Part shown: positions 28,001 to 38,339 of the stretch, piece after piece
How positions within the stretch are numbered: position 1 is the stretch's first letter
How the letters are laid out: every line of letters starts with the position of its first letter
Assembly (NCBI GenBank): GCA_047611865.1
Contig: JBLFWS010000002.1
Coordinates: forward strand, 1 to 62,412
Origin: Chlamydiales bacterium
Lineage (GTDB): Bacteria > Chlamydiota > Chlamydiia > Chlamydiales > JBDQID01
Direction of reading: 5' to 3'
Length of the DNA stretch: 62,412 nt
Translations under genes and position numbers: made by a program
Notes under the pieces: generated by a model
Database searches by the model: none
Seen by the model: only the letters and a program-made list of their open reading frames with translations
Told to the model about the DNA's origin: nothing

Positions 28001-28035
28001 ACAGCCAGAGGATGTTTTTATCATTCTCTGGCTGT
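28001..28035 (+). promoter_or_regulatory. rplL-rpoB intergenic stem-loop (attenuator-like)
   Basis: ACAGCCAGAGGATG pairs with CATTCTCTGGCTGT at 13 of 14 positions, with loop TTTTTAT. No strong T tract follows. Its position is analogous to the E. coli rplL-rpoB attenuator. Confidence 0.45.
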
Positions 28036-28183
28036 CTTGATAGTATTCACTTGTTAGCAAATTAGTTTAAGAGTACTATCTGTAGAAATTGAAATGGAAT
28101 AATGCACAAACTTATTAGCATTATTCCCCTTGTTCAACAACTTTCATCATATCTTTTACAAGACACATTAGGAGTCTTTCCTC

Positions 28184-31100
28184 ATGCTGAAAAGGGCGCC
28201 AAAAAGGGTAAGTTTTGTAGATAAGGAAGAAATCATTGACCTTCCAAATCTCATCGAAGTCCAAATTAAATCCTATAACCAGTTTTTGCAAACAGGTAAA
28301 TTACCACACGAGCGGGACCACATAGGATTACAGGAAGTATTTAATGAGATTTTTCCCATCAAGTCGTATGATGAAAAAGTTTCTCTAGAGTATTTATCCT
28401 ATATTCTTGGGGTACCAAAATACCGACCAGAGGAGTGTATACGACGGGGTATTACATACAACGTCACACTAAAAGTGAAATTCCGCCTCACCGACGAAAC
28501 TGGTATCAAAGAGGAAGATGTCTACATGGGGACTATCCCCCTGATGACGGATAAAGGGACTTTCATTATTAATGGAGCAGAACGAGTTATCGTTTCTCAA
28601 CTTCACCGGTCACCAGGTATCTGCTTTGAACAAGAGCGGCATGCCAAAGGAATGATGATTTATTCATTCCGTATTATTCCTTATAGAGGAAGTTGGTTAG
28701 AAGCGTCTTTCGATCCTAACGATCTTATTTACATCTACATAGACAGAAAGAAAAGACGTAGAAAAGTTCTGGCGACATCCTTTATTCGCACGCTGGGTTA
28801 CTCCACAGATGCTGATATCATAGAAGAATTCTTTAGTACAAGAAAAGTTAAGCTTCGTACTGAAAAAGATTTCGGAAAGTTCGTTGGAAAAATCCTCGCA
28901 GAAGATGTTATCGACGAAGAAAGTGGGCTGGTATTCGGTAAATCTGCTGAAAAGCTTACTACAGCAATGTTGAAACGTATTATGGATGCCGGTATCGGTG
29001 TTCTTCGACTTGCGGAAGATGCTGACGAGACAAACCCAATCATTAAGATGCTTGCTAAAGATCCTACGGATTCTTACGAATCAGCACTTAAGGATTTTTA
29101 TAGAAAAATACGTCCAGGTGAGCCTGCGACACTTTCCAATGCTCGCTCTGCGATGATGCGCCTTTTCTTCGATCCAAAGCGTTACAACCTTGGAAGAGTA
29201 GGACGTTACAAGCTAAGTCGTAAATTAGGTATGGAAGTGACCGATGAGTCACTTGGAAACGTTACTTTGATGAAAGAAGACGTTGTCGAATCTATTAAGT
29301 ACCTTATTATGTTAAAGAAAGGCGATGAAGACGCAAACGTTGATGACATCGACCATCTAGGTAATAGACGTGTTCGTTCTGTTGGTGAATTGATTCAGAA
29401 TCAGTGCCGTGTTGGCTTGGCTCGTATGGAGAAGATCATCAAGGAAAGAATGAATCTTTTCGATTTTTCATCCGATACATTGACTCCAGGTAAAGTGGTT
29501 TCTGCAAAAGGTCTTGCCGGAGTTCTCAAGGATTTCTTTGGCCGGTCACAGTTATCACAGTTTATGGATCAAACTAACCCTGTAGCTGAACTTACTCACA
29601 AACGTCGTCTTTCATCACTAGGACCTGGTGGTCTTAATCGTGACAGAGCTGGTTTTGAAGTTCGTGACGTACACCCAAGTCACTACGGAAGAGTTTGTCC
29701 CATTGAGACTCCTGAAGGACCAAACATCGGTTTGATTACTTCGCTGTCGTCTTTCGCAAAGATCAATGAATTTGGTTTTATTGAAACTCCTTACAGAATT
29801 GTTCGTGAAGGTGTTGTTACTGAAGAAATTGAATATCATACAGCTGATCAGGAAGAGAAATGCGTAATTGCTCAGGCATCTGCTCCTTTGAATGAGTTCA
29901 ACATGTTCGCAAACGAACGATGCCTCGCTAGATATAAAGGGGAATCGATTGAAACGGATGTGGATCGTGTAACACACATGGACGTTTCATCTAAACAGCT
30001 GGTATCTATTGTAACAGGGCTAATTCCATTCCTTGAGCACGATGATGCTAACAGAGCTCTCATGGGATCAAACATGATGAGGCAAGCAGTACCTCTACTC
30101 AAAACCGAATCTCCACTTGTGGGAACAGGTCTTGAATTAAGAGCGGCTCGTGACTCTGGTGCTGTAGTTGTTGCTGAAGAAGACGGAGTTATCGATTACG
30201 TTGACGGTTTTACTATTGTAATAGCCCCGCATGACAATAAGCTAGATAAGAAAACTTATGAGCTGAAGAAGTTCATGCGTTCTAATGCGGGTACATGTAT
30301 TAACCAACAGCCACTTTGTGATGTTGGAGATGAAATAGTAGCTGGGGATATTATCGCTGATGGTCCCGCAACGGATAAAGGCGAAGTAGCTCTTGGTAAA
30401 AACGTACTTGTGGCCTTTATGCCATGGTGTGGATACAACTACGAGGATGCTATTATCATCTCCGAAAAGTTGTTGAGAGAAGACTATTACACATCTGTTT
30501 ATATTGAAGAATTTGAGTTGACAGCACGTGATACTAAGTTAGGTCGTGAAGAAATTACTCGGGACATACCTAATGTCTCAGAGGAAGCTCTCGCAAACCT
30601 TGGTGAAGATGGTATTATCCGTGTTGGAGCTGAAGTTAGTTCTGGAGATATCTTAGTTGGTAAAATTACTCCGAAGTCAGAAACAGAACTGGCACCGGAA
30701 GAAAGATTACTACGTGCAATTTTTGGTGAAAAAGCAGCTGATGTTAAAGACGCCTCACTGACAGTTCCTCCGGGAACCGAAGGTGTTGTTATGGATGTCA
30801 AGGTGTTTAGTCGACGTGATAGATTGTCCAAAACTGATGACGAATTGGTAGAGGAAGCTTATCGTATACGTGACATTCAACGTGAATACAAAAGCAAACA
30901 GATTGAACTCATCAGAAATCGTCATGATAGACTCGGAGCTCTGCTTCTTGATGAAATTGCACCTGCTGAAATTGTTCACCGTAGAACAGCAGATATTATC
31001 ATTGAAAAAGAGTCTAAAATCTCTCAGGAGATGATTCAGGTTATCGAGCAAGAAAATCTTGAAGACCTTCTAATGGCTGAAGATCCTTTATTCGATACTC

Positions 31101-31948
31101 TTAAGGAAATACTTAGAGACTATGAACAGTCTCGTACTCTCCTTGAGATGGAGCATAAAACTGCTATCGAACATATGCGTAAAGGAGATACCGATCTTGA
31201 ATCAGGTGTCATACGTCAGGTGAAAGTTTATATCGCAACCAAGCGAAAGCTACAGGTTGGTGATAAGATGGCTGGACGACACGGTAACAAGGGTGTTGTT
31301 TCTACGATCGTTCCAGAAGCTGATATGCCCTATCTTCCAAATGGTCAGCCAATTGAAATTATATTGAATCCATTAGGTGTACCTTCCCGTATGAACATGG
31401 GACAGGTATTGGAAACTCACCTGGGTTATGCTGCGAAATTGGAAGGTATACACTGTAAGAGTCCGGTTTTTGAAGGATTTCCTGAAGCCCGAATTTGGGA
31501 GATGTATAAGGTTCAAAATCTTCCTGTTGATGGTAAATCTCATCTATATGATGGGCGAACGGGAGCACGTTTCGATAGCCGAGTTGTTGTAGGATATATC
31601 TATATCTTGAAACTTAGTCACTTGGTTGCAGATAAAATTCACGCTCGTGCCATCGGTCCTTATTCACTTGTTACTCAACAGCCATTGGGTGGTAAAGCCC
31701 AGATGGGTGGACAGAGATTCGGGGAGATGGAAGTGTGGGCCTTGGAAGCTTATGGTGCAGCTCACTTGCTGCAAGAAATTCTGACCGTAAAATCTGATGA
31801 TGTAACGGGACGTACGCGCATTTATGAGTCGATTGTCAAGGGAGAGAATATCCTGAAGTGTGGCACACCCGAGTCATTTAATGTATTGGTAAAAGAAATG
31901 CAAGGTCTGGGTCTTGATGTAAGAACTCAGAAAATATCCGAAAATTAA
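28184..31948 (+). CDS. rpoB: DNA-directed RNA polymerase beta subunit
   Basis: 1254 aa with [15 protein letters not shown] and [10 protein letters not shown]; AGGAG Shine-Dalgarno sequence upstream. Confidence 0.98.
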   Translation: MLKRAPKRVSFVDKEEIIDLPNLIEVQIKSYNQFLQTGKLPHERDHIGLQEVFNEIFPIKSYDEKVSLEYLSYILGVPKYRPEECIRRGITYNVTLKVKFRLTDETGIKEEDVYMGTIPLMTDKGTFIINGAERVIVSQLHRSPGICFEQERHAKGMMIYSFRIIPYRGSWLEASFDPNDLIYIYIDRKKRRRKVLATSFIRTLGYSTDADIIEEFFSTRKVKLRTEKDFGKFVGKILAEDVIDEESGLVFGKSAEKLTTAMLKRIMDAGIGVLRLAEDADETNPIIKMLAKDPTDSYESALKDFYRKIRPGEPATLSNARSAMMRLFFDPKRYNLGRVGRYKLSRKLGMEVTDESLGNVTLMKEDVVESIKYLIMLKKGDEDANVDDIDHLGNRRVRSVGELIQNQCRVGLARMEKIIKERMNLFDFSSDTLTPGKVVSAKGLAGVLKDFFGRSQLSQFMDQTNPVAELTHKRRLSSLGPGGLNRDRAGFEVRDVHPSHYGRVCPIETPEGPNIGLITSLSSFAKINEFGFIETPYRIVREGVVTEEIEYHTADQEEKCVIAQASAPLNEFNMFANERCLARYKGESIETDVDRVTHMDVSSKQLVSIVTGLIPFLEHDDANRALMGSNMMRQAVPLLKTESPLVGTGLELRAARDSGAVVVAEEDGVIDYVDGFTIVIAPHDNKLDKKTYELKKFMRSNAGTCINQQPLCDVGDEIVAGDIIADGPATDKGEVALGKNVLVAFMPWCGYNYEDAIIISEKLLREDYYTSVYIEEFELTARDTKLGREEITRDIPNVSEEALANLGEDGIIRVGAEVSSGDILVGKITPKSETELAPEERLLRAIFGEKAADVKDASLTVPPGTEGVVMDVKVFSRRDRLSKTDDELVEEAYRIRDIQREYKSKQIELIRNRHDRLGALLLDEIAPAEIVHRRTADIIIEKESKISQEMIQVIEQENLEDLLMAEDPLFDTLKEILRDYEQSRTLLEMEHKTAIEHMRKGDTDLESGVIRQVKVYIATKRKLQVGDKMAGRHGNKGVVSTIVPEADMPYLPNGQPIEIILNPLGVPSRMNMGQVLETHLGYAAKLEGIHCKSPVFEGFPEARIWEMYKVQNLPVDGKSHLYDGRTGARFDSRVVVGYIYILKLSHLVADKIHARAIGPYSLVTQQPLGGKAQMGGQRFGEMEVWALEAYGAAHLLQEILTVKSDDVTGRTRIYESIVKGENILKCGTPESFNVLVKEMQGLGLDVRTQKISEN

Positions 31949-31997
31949 TCGCCAAAGCCCTGCTGAAGGTATCAAGCTTCTTTTAACGGAGACATGA

Positions 31998-34900
31998 ATG
32001 TTGTATGATCCAAAAAAGGATAAAGAGTCCGAATTTGATAAGTTAACCATTTGCATAGCTTCTGATGAGGTGATTCGAAATAAATGGTCACGTGGTGAGA
32101 TTAAAAAACCCGAAACTATTAATTATCGCACATTTAAGCCTGAAAAAGGTGGACTGTTTTGCGAGAAGATTTTCGGCCCTACTAAAGATTGGGAATGTGC
32201 TTGTGGTAAATATAAGAAAATCAAGCATAAAGGTATTATTTGTGACCGTTGTGGTGTGGAAGTAACTCTTTCAAAAGTGCGTCGTGAAAACATGGCTCAC
32301 ATTGAATTAGCTGTTCCTGTTGTTCACATATGGTACTTTAAGACAATGCCTTCTCGTATCGGAAATGTACTGGGAATGTCCACAACTGACCTCGAAAGAA
32401 TAATCTATTACGAGGAATACGTTGTTATCGACCCAGGTATAACGCAATTAGAGAAAAAGCAACTTCTTAGTGATAGCGAATATCGTGAAGCTCAGGAAAA
32501 GTGGGGGAAAAACGCATTTGTAGCCAAAATGGGTGGAGCTGCGCTTTATGATCTTTTACAAAATGAAGATCTACCTGCACTTGGTATAGAACTGAAAGAT
32601 AAGCTTCGTAAAACTAAATCGATGCAAGCGCGGATGAAAATCGCAAAACGCTTGAAAATCATAGAAAGCTTTCTGTCATCAGGGAATAAAAGAGAATGGA
32701 TGGTGTTGTCATCCGTACCCGTTATTCCACCGGATCTACGACCGCTAGTACCTCTTGATGGAGGACGTTTTGCTACATCAGACTTAAACGATCTGTACCG
32801 ACGTGTTATTAATCGTAACAACAGACTTAAGGCTATCCTGAAGCTAAAAACGCCTGAAGTTATCGTACGTAACGAAAAGCGAATGTTGCAGGAAGCTGTA
32901 GATGCATTGTTTGACAACGGTAGACATGGCCATCCAGTAATGGGTGCAGGAAATCGCCCTTTGAAATCACTCTCAGAGATGCTCAAAGGTAAACAAGGTC
33001 GTTTCCGTCAAAACCTACTTGGTAAACGTGTTGATTATTCTGGCCGATCTGTAATTATGGTTGGACCGGATCTACGCTTTAACCAGTGTGGTTTACCTAA
33101 GCAAATGGCGCTTGAACTTTTTGAGCCGTTTATTGTGAAAAGGTTGAAAGAGCTAGGATACGTTTATACAATTCGTTCCGCTAAGAAAATGATTCAAAGA
33201 CAAGCTCCTGAAGTTTGGGATGTTCTTGAAGAAATCATTAAAAAGCATCCTGTTCTTCTAAACCGTGCACCAACATTGCACAGATTAGGTATCCAGGCTT
33301 TTGAGCCTGTCCTAATTGAGGGTAAAGCGATTAGGATTCACCCTCTAGTTTGTGCTGCGTTTAACGCCGACTTTGACGGTGACCAGATGGCTGTACACAT
33401 TCCTTTATCTTTGGAAGCTCAGCTTGAAGCAAAAGTCTTGATGATGGCACCTGATAATATATTCTTGCCTTCATCCGGTAAACCTGTTGCTGTACCATCC
33501 CAAGATATGACACTTGGATTGTACTACCTTATGCTTGATCCTCTTTATATTCCTGAGAATTATGATAGGAAGACAAAGGTTTTTAGTGATGTCCAGGAGG
33601 TCCTTTTGGCCCTTTATGCATCAGGTACCTACAACATGGAAGATTTGCTTAGAAAAGAAAGAACCGAAGTCTTTTATGATGATTACGGTCGCGGATTGCA
33701 CATTCATGAGCGGATTAGAGTTCGTTTAAAAGATGGTATTATTGTAACTACGCCTGGTCGTGTACTCTTTAACGGGATCGTACCACCTGAGCTTGGTTTT
33801 CAGAACTATAGTATGACCAAGAAGAAGATGAGTACCTTGGTTCTGGATTGTTACAAGAGAGTTGGTTTGGAAGTCACAGTTGGATTCCTTGATAATTTAA
33901 AGGATATTGGTTTTGCTGAAGCCACCAAAGCTGCGATCTCTATGGGAATTACGGATATAAAAATTCCCCCGAACAAATTTGAAGCTCTTGATTTAGGTCA
34001 CGAAAGAGTAGCTGTTGTTAACAAACAGTACGAAGATGGTGTAATTACTGATGGAGAGCGTCATTCTAAGACAATTAGTATATGGACTGAAATTTCAGAT
34101 ACGTTGTCAGAAGACCTCTTTGAACGGATTACTAAAATTGAAGATTGCCAGATGAACCCTCTCTTTATGATGATGGATTCAGGTGCTCGTGGTAACAAAT
34201 CACAGATTAAACAGCTTGGAGCCCTTCGTGGTTTGATGGCTAAGCCGTCTGGTGAGATTATTGAGTCCCCAATTACATCGAACTTTAGAGAAGGTCTGAC
34301 TGTTCTTGAGTACTTTATTTCTTCTCACGGTGCTCGTAAAGGTCTTGCGGATACAGCGTTGAAAACAGCTGACTCAGGTTATCTGACACGACGACTTGTT
34401 GATGTATCACAAGATGTTATCGTAACAGAAGATGATTGTGGAACACTTAACGGTATTGAAGTGTGTGCAATTAAGCAGGGTCAGGAAGAACTCCTTCCTC
34501 TTTGTGATAGAATCTTTGGACGAACAGTCTGTGATGACATTTATCAGCCGGGTGATAGCACTAAATTACTTGCTTCTTCTGGCGAAACTCTTAACTTGGA
34601 ACAGTCCGAGGCAATTGATGATTCGGGTATTGAAAACATCAAAATTCGTTCAGTTCTAACTTGTGAAAGCAAGCGTGGAATTTGCTCCATGTGTTATGGC
34701 CTAAACTTGGCAAATGGACAAAAAGTTTCCCTTGGAGAAGCTGTTGGTATTATTGCCGCACAGTCCATTGGTGAACCTGGAACGCAGCTGACAATGCGTA
34801 CGTTCCACTTGGGTGGTATTGCTTCTGCCTCTCTTAGTCCTGAACTCGTTACTGAGCACGATGGTGTCCTTGTTTATCAAGAACTCCGTACTGTTCAGAA

Positions 34901-36197
34901 TGATGATGGCGATTGGCTCGTCCTTAACAAGAATGGAATCCTTCATGTTGTTACTGACGAAAAGCGTACTATGGAAGAATATAAAAAACTTCTGAGTACC
35001 AAGTCCATTGAACCGTTACAGTCGTTTACTCTTGAGCTGGGTACCAAAATCTTGGCACAAGACGGAGCTAATGTTACAGCTGGTCAAAAAGTAGGTGAAT
35101 GGGAACAGCACAACATTCCGATTATTTGTGACCGCCCTGGTTATGTAAAGTACGAAGACCTTGTTGAGGGTATCTCTACTGAAAAAGATGTAAATAAGCA
35201 AACTGGTCAAACTGAGCTCGTTGTGAAACAACACCGAGGTGAGCTTCACCCACAGATTGCCATTTACTCTGATAAAGAGTGCTTAGACTTGGTTGGTACT
35301 TATGCCATTCCATCCGGTGCTATTATATCTGTTAAAGAAACCCAGTATGTTACTGCTGGTTCTCTTCTTGCGAGATTGCCACGTGGCGCTCTTAAGACAA
35401 AGGATATTACTGGTGGTCTTCCTCGTGTTGCCGAACTCTTTGAAGCTAGAAAGCCAAAGGATTCAGCTGAGATTGCGAAGATCGATGGTATCGTAGACTT
35501 CAAGGGTGTTCAGAAAAACAAACGTATTGTTTGTGTTCGCGATCCTGAAACAGGTATGGAAGAAGAGCATTTGATTCCACACACGAAGCACTTGATTGTT
35601 CAAAGGGAAGATCATGTTATTAAGGGGCAACAGCTTACTGATGGCTTGGTTATACCTCATGAAATTCTTGAAATCTGTGGTGTTCGTGAACTTCAAAAGT
35701 ACCTCGTAAATCAGGTTCAAGAAGTTTACCGACTTCAGGGTGTGGATATTAACGATAAACACGTTGAGATTATCGTAAGACAGATGCTGAAAAAAGTTCG
35801 CATTACTGATCCAGGCGATACTACATTCCTTTACGGTGAAGATCTGGATAAGAAGATATTCCATAATGAAAACTACAAAGTGATATCTGAGGGTGGTAAG
35901 CCAGCACAGGCTGCTCCAGTACTTTTGGGTATAACTAAAGCTTCGTTGGGAACAGAGTCCTTTATCTCTGCAGCATCATTCCAGGACACAACTCGTGTAC
36001 TTACGGATGCAGCTTGCGCTGGTAAAACGGATTACCTGATGGGCTTTAAGGAAAACGTCATTATGGGCCATATCATACCAGGTGGTACTGGTTTTGAAAT
36101 GCACAGACAGGTTAAGAGCCATATGGATAGTGATAGAGAAGACGATCTCCTCTTTAACTTTTTCGATGAGCCTGCTACCGCCGGTGCAGCATCATAA
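31998..36197 (+). CDS. rpoC: DNA-directed RNA polymerase beta-prime subunit
   Basis: 1399 aa with the NADFDGDQMAVH catalytic motif and a zinc-binding CACGKYKKIKHKGIICDRCG. Confidence 0.98.
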   Translation: MLYDPKKDKESEFDKLTICIASDEVIRNKWSRGEIKKPETINYRTFKPEKGGLFCEKIFGPTKDWECACGKYKKIKHKGIICDRCGVEVTLSKVRRENMAHIELAVPVVHIWYFKTMPSRIGNVLGMSTTDLERIIYYEEYVVIDPGITQLEKKQLLSDSEYREAQEKWGKNAFVAKMGGAALYDLLQNEDLPALGIELKDKLRKTKSMQARMKIAKRLKIIESFLSSGNKREWMVLSSVPVIPPDLRPLVPLDGGRFATSDLNDLYRRVINRNNRLKAILKLKTPEVIVRNEKRMLQEAVDALFDNGRHGHPVMGAGNRPLKSLSEMLKGKQGRFRQNLLGKRVDYSGRSVIMVGPDLRFNQCGLPKQMALELFEPFIVKRLKELGYVYTIRSAKKMIQRQAPEVWDVLEEIIKKHPVLLNRAPTLHRLGIQAFEPVLIEGKAIRIHPLVCAAFNADFDGDQMAVHIPLSLEAQLEAKVLMMAPDNIFLPSSGKPVAVPSQDMTLGLYYLMLDPLYIPENYDRKTKVFSDVQEVLLALYASGTYNMEDLLRKERTEVFYDDYGRGLHIHERIRVRLKDGIIVTTPGRVLFNGIVPPELGFQNYSMTKKKMSTLVLDCYKRVGLEVTVGFLDNLKDIGFAEATKAAISMGITDIKIPPNKFEALDLGHERVAVVNKQYEDGVITDGERHSKTISIWTEISDTLSEDLFERITKIEDCQMNPLFMMMDSGARGNKSQIKQLGALRGLMAKPSGEIIESPITSNFREGLTVLEYFISSHGARKGLADTALKTADSGYLTRRLVDVSQDVIVTEDDCGTLNGIEVCAIKQGQEELLPLCDRIFGRTVCDDIYQPGDSTKLLASSGETLNLEQSEAIDDSGIENIKIRSVLTCESKRGICSMCYGLNLANGQKVSLGEAVGIIAAQSIGEPGTQLTMRTFHLGGIASASLSPELVTEHDGVLVYQELRTVQNDDGDWLVLNKNGILHVVTDEKRTMEEYKKLLSTKSIEPLQSFTLELGTKILAQDGANVTAGQKVGEWEQHNIPIICDRPGYVKYEDLVEGISTEKDVNKQTGQTELVVKQHRGELHPQIAIYSDKECLDLVGTYAIPSGAIISVKETQYVTAGSLLARLPRGALKTKDITGGLPRVAELFEARKPKDSAEIAKIDGIVDFKGVQKNKRIVCVRDPETGMEEEHLIPHTKHLIVQREDHVIKGQQLTDGLVIPHEILEICGVRELQKYLVNQVQEVYRLQGVDINDKHVEIIVRQMLKKVRITDPGDTTFLYGEDLDKKIFHNENYKVISEGGKPAQAAPVLLGITKASLGTESFISAASFQDTTRVLTDAACAGKTDYLMGFKENVIMGHIIPGGTGFEMHRQVKSHMDSDREDDLLFNFFDEPATAGAAS

Positions 36198-36204
36198 AGT
36201 CTAT

Positions 36205-36236
36205 AAAAGGCGGGTTGCAAAACCCGCCTTTTTTTT
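36205..36236 (+). terminator. Rho-independent terminator of the rpoBC operon
   Basis: GGCGGGTT-GCAA-AACCCGCC stem-loop followed by T8. Confidence 0.85.
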
Positions 36237-36503
36237 GGCCGTTAAAAATCTATAGATGCGCTTTTTCAGCATAGAAGCCTATTAAAACTGGCAATTTTAT
36301 TTTTTAAAAAAATACTCTTGTGCGGCATTAAGTTGATTTTCTCTCTTTGATCTGGATCTCGGTTGTTTTCCAATTCATGAAGTCGTTTCGGTATAAGTAT
36401 ACTTGCAATATTTTGACAAAAAAGCTTGAAAAGCATAGACAAAAGACAATGTAATGATAAATAGCCTGAATTTTTAATTTAAAATTATTATATTTGAGGT
36501 GAA

Positions 36504-37102
36504 ATGACTCGCTTAAAGTACCTATATGCTAATGGGTTTGTCTATGTTTTCTGCTTAACTTGTACCTTCCTAATGCCCCTATATTCCTCAGAAAAAGGCA
36601 ATGTCCTTGCAGATGGGGTACAGTACCTATCTACTCCAGAGACCTATGTCAGTAGGTCAGATAAGCAAATAGCCGTGTTTTTGGCTGGATCAGCGGCATT
36701 TCCATGGCGCATGGAATTTGAAAAAAAATAGAAGTACAAAACCTAGCGTTGTTAGATCCAACATATAGCAATAATGATCCTTGGAAGCGTATTGATCACA
36801 TCAAATGGGAACACGAACATATCGAGAAGGCAGATGTCTTATTGGTTTGGTTACCTGCAAATGAGGGTACGAAACTACATACCCTTTCCTTTACGACCCT
36901 ATTTGAATTGGGACGCTTTGCACAGATGAAAAATAAAAATCTGGTGATGGGTATTCATCCTGACTACTATAAACGGAATGAAGTAGTACTCCAGCTTAGT
37001 ATACTGCGTCCTGAGGTGGAAATAGTTTCTTCTTTGGATGAACTTGCAGGAAAATTAAATAGTGTTGTCGAAAACTATTCCGTTATACTCAATACGGGTT
37101 AG
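36504..37102 (+). pseudogene. Nucleoside 2-deoxyribosyltransferase-like gene split by a frameshift at an A8 tract
   Basis: ORFs 36504-36731 and 36749-37102 are in different frames. Adding one A to the A8 run (36721-36728) fuses them into ...IAVFLAGSAAFPWRMEFEKKIEVQNLALLDPTY...WEHEHIEKADVLLVWLP...TLFELGRF..., which resembles Nuc_deoxyri_tr2-type proteins. Confidence 0.6.
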
Positions 37103-37107
37103 TTTGA
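37084..37107. repeat. Family-B repeat, half copy in inverse orientation
   Basis: TATACTCAATACGGGTTAGTTTGA lacks its distal arm, which is replaced by the heptamer array. It supplies the last codons and the stop (TAG at 37100-37102) of the preceding ORF. Confidence 0.8.
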
Positions 37108-37141
37108 TGTTTGATGTTTGATGTTTGATGTTTGATGTTTG
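37102..37141. repeat. Heptanucleotide tandem repeat (GTTTGAT)x5 plus a partial unit
   Basis: There are five perfect GTTTGAT units at 37102-37136, followed by GTTTG. The unit is the terminal motif of the family-B repeat. Confidence 0.95.
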
Positions 37142-37277
37142 GATGTGTCAGGATTTTTTTGTCTGTGGGAGTGTGGGGATCTCCAGCATACTTAGAAAGT
37201 GGCAGAGCTCTCTACTTCCATAGATGGGTTAGATTGGTGCAGACGAGCGTCAAACTAGCCTATTTTGGGTATAAATC

Positions 37278-37712
37278 TTAGTTTTGAATTTCAGTTAGTT
37301 CTAGGATGCTCTGAATATCTTTGATGGGTTCAACCCGAAACTTGATGTCTAGCTTTGTATCCCCAATTTTGAGTTCCATTATAGAGCTCAAACGAGTCAA
37401 TAAAATTTTGTAGGGAATTTTTACTTCATGATTTCCGACACTGACTGCTACACTGGTATTTCCTAGTATATCTTTGGAGTCATGGATCTGTTGGCAGAGA
37501 GCTTCAAATTGTTGTAAGTGTTGCAGAATGGTTTTATCTTCAAAAACATATTGCTTACGACAATTTATACAAGAAAGAATTTCACCACAGCTTTTAGGGG
37601 ATAACAAAGAAAATGTGACAGGTTCTTCACATTCAAGACAGTTGAATTCAAGTTTGTTTCCTACTTGCATGAGATATCCCTTTTTAGACACTTTTATACA
37701 ATATTCATACAT
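37278..37712 (-). CDS. Hypothetical zinc-ribbon protein
   Basis: 144 aa with a CLEC...(21 aa)...CINC pair of CxxC motifs. The start may be the internal Met (MQVGNK...). Confidence 0.5.
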   Translation of the reverse strand: MYEYCIKVSKKGYLMQVGNKLEFNCLECEEPVTFSLLSPKSCGEILSCINCRKQYVFEDKTILQHLQQFEALCQQIHDSKDILGNTSVAVSVGNHEVKIPYKILLTRLSSIMELKIGDTKLDIKFRVEPIKDIQSILELTEIQN

Positions 37713-37770
37713 GGCTTAGGCTTTAAATTAAAGATAAAAACCAGAATATTGGGTGTATAGAACTATAATT

Positions 37771-37806
37771 TATACCGAAACTAATTCTTAAATTTGTATT
37801 GGTATA
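37771..37806. repeat. Family-A short hairpin form
   Basis: TATACCGAAAC-TAATTCTTAAATT-TGTATTGGTATA looks like the collapsed termini of the family-A element. Confidence 0.65.
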
Positions 37807-37842
37807 ACTCAGAATTGAATTGATATTCTTGCTATCAGGAGG

Positions 37843-38331
37843 TTAGTCACTTGGGAATTTTGAGAAAAGAGTTGTGAAGTCTTTTGTATCAATATTTTCC
37901 TCGTATCCTTCCAGATAGATATTTACTTCTTTGTAAGTTTCTAAAGATGCCAGCAGAAATTGGGTTTCATCTTTACCTAAGAATATCCGTTGCCCACCTT
38001 CTAACCTGTGAACAAGCATATTTCGACTTTCTTTCTCGTTAGAAATAGTGATGAGTGCTTTTTTGAGATCTCCTAAATATGCAGGTATCTGTCTGGAAAA
38101 GACATTGATATGCACATGATGTTCAGAAAGGATATGCCCGATTTCCAAATCAAATCCAGTATTTTTATTACTGGCAATATGGAGTAATCTTTTTGATTGA
38201 TACGCAGGATTGTGGGATACAATCTCATCCAATTGCCAAGGGGCTTGTACTGAAGAACAAGAACTTAGAAATAAAAAAATAAGAGCGCTCAAAAAATGGA
38301 GCGCTCTTATTTTTGAAGAGTCAATACTCAT
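37843..38331 (-). CDS. Hypothetical lipoprotein
   Basis: 162 aa with the signal and lipobox FLSALIFLFLSSC. Confidence 0.6.
   Translation of the reverse strand: MSIDSSKIRALHFLSALIFLFLSSCSSVQAPWQLDEIVSHNPAYQSKRLLHIASNKNTGFDLEIGHILSEHHVHINVFSRQIPAYLGDLKKALITISNEKESRNMLVHRLEGGQRIFLGKDETQFLLASLETYKEVNIYLEGYEENIDTKDFTTLFSKFPSD
38265..38308 (-). terminator. Intrinsic-terminator-like hairpin plus T tract embedded in the lipoprotein signal-peptide codons
   Basis: The minus strand reads AAGAGCGCTC-CATTTTTT-GAGCGCTCTT followed by ATTTTTTTATTT. It begins 31 nt downstream of the Gly/Ala-rich gene's stop. Confidence 0.45.
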
Positions 38332-38339
38332 ACACTATA

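Noticed and set aside
28798-36220. Numerous 60-146-aa antisense or out-of-frame ORFs inside rpoB and rpoC; similar ones occur inside tuf, atpA/B, valS, fumC and others
   Set aside because: They are embedded in highly conserved genes, have low-complexity or Ser/Arg-rich translations typical of shadow frames, and lack start contexts.
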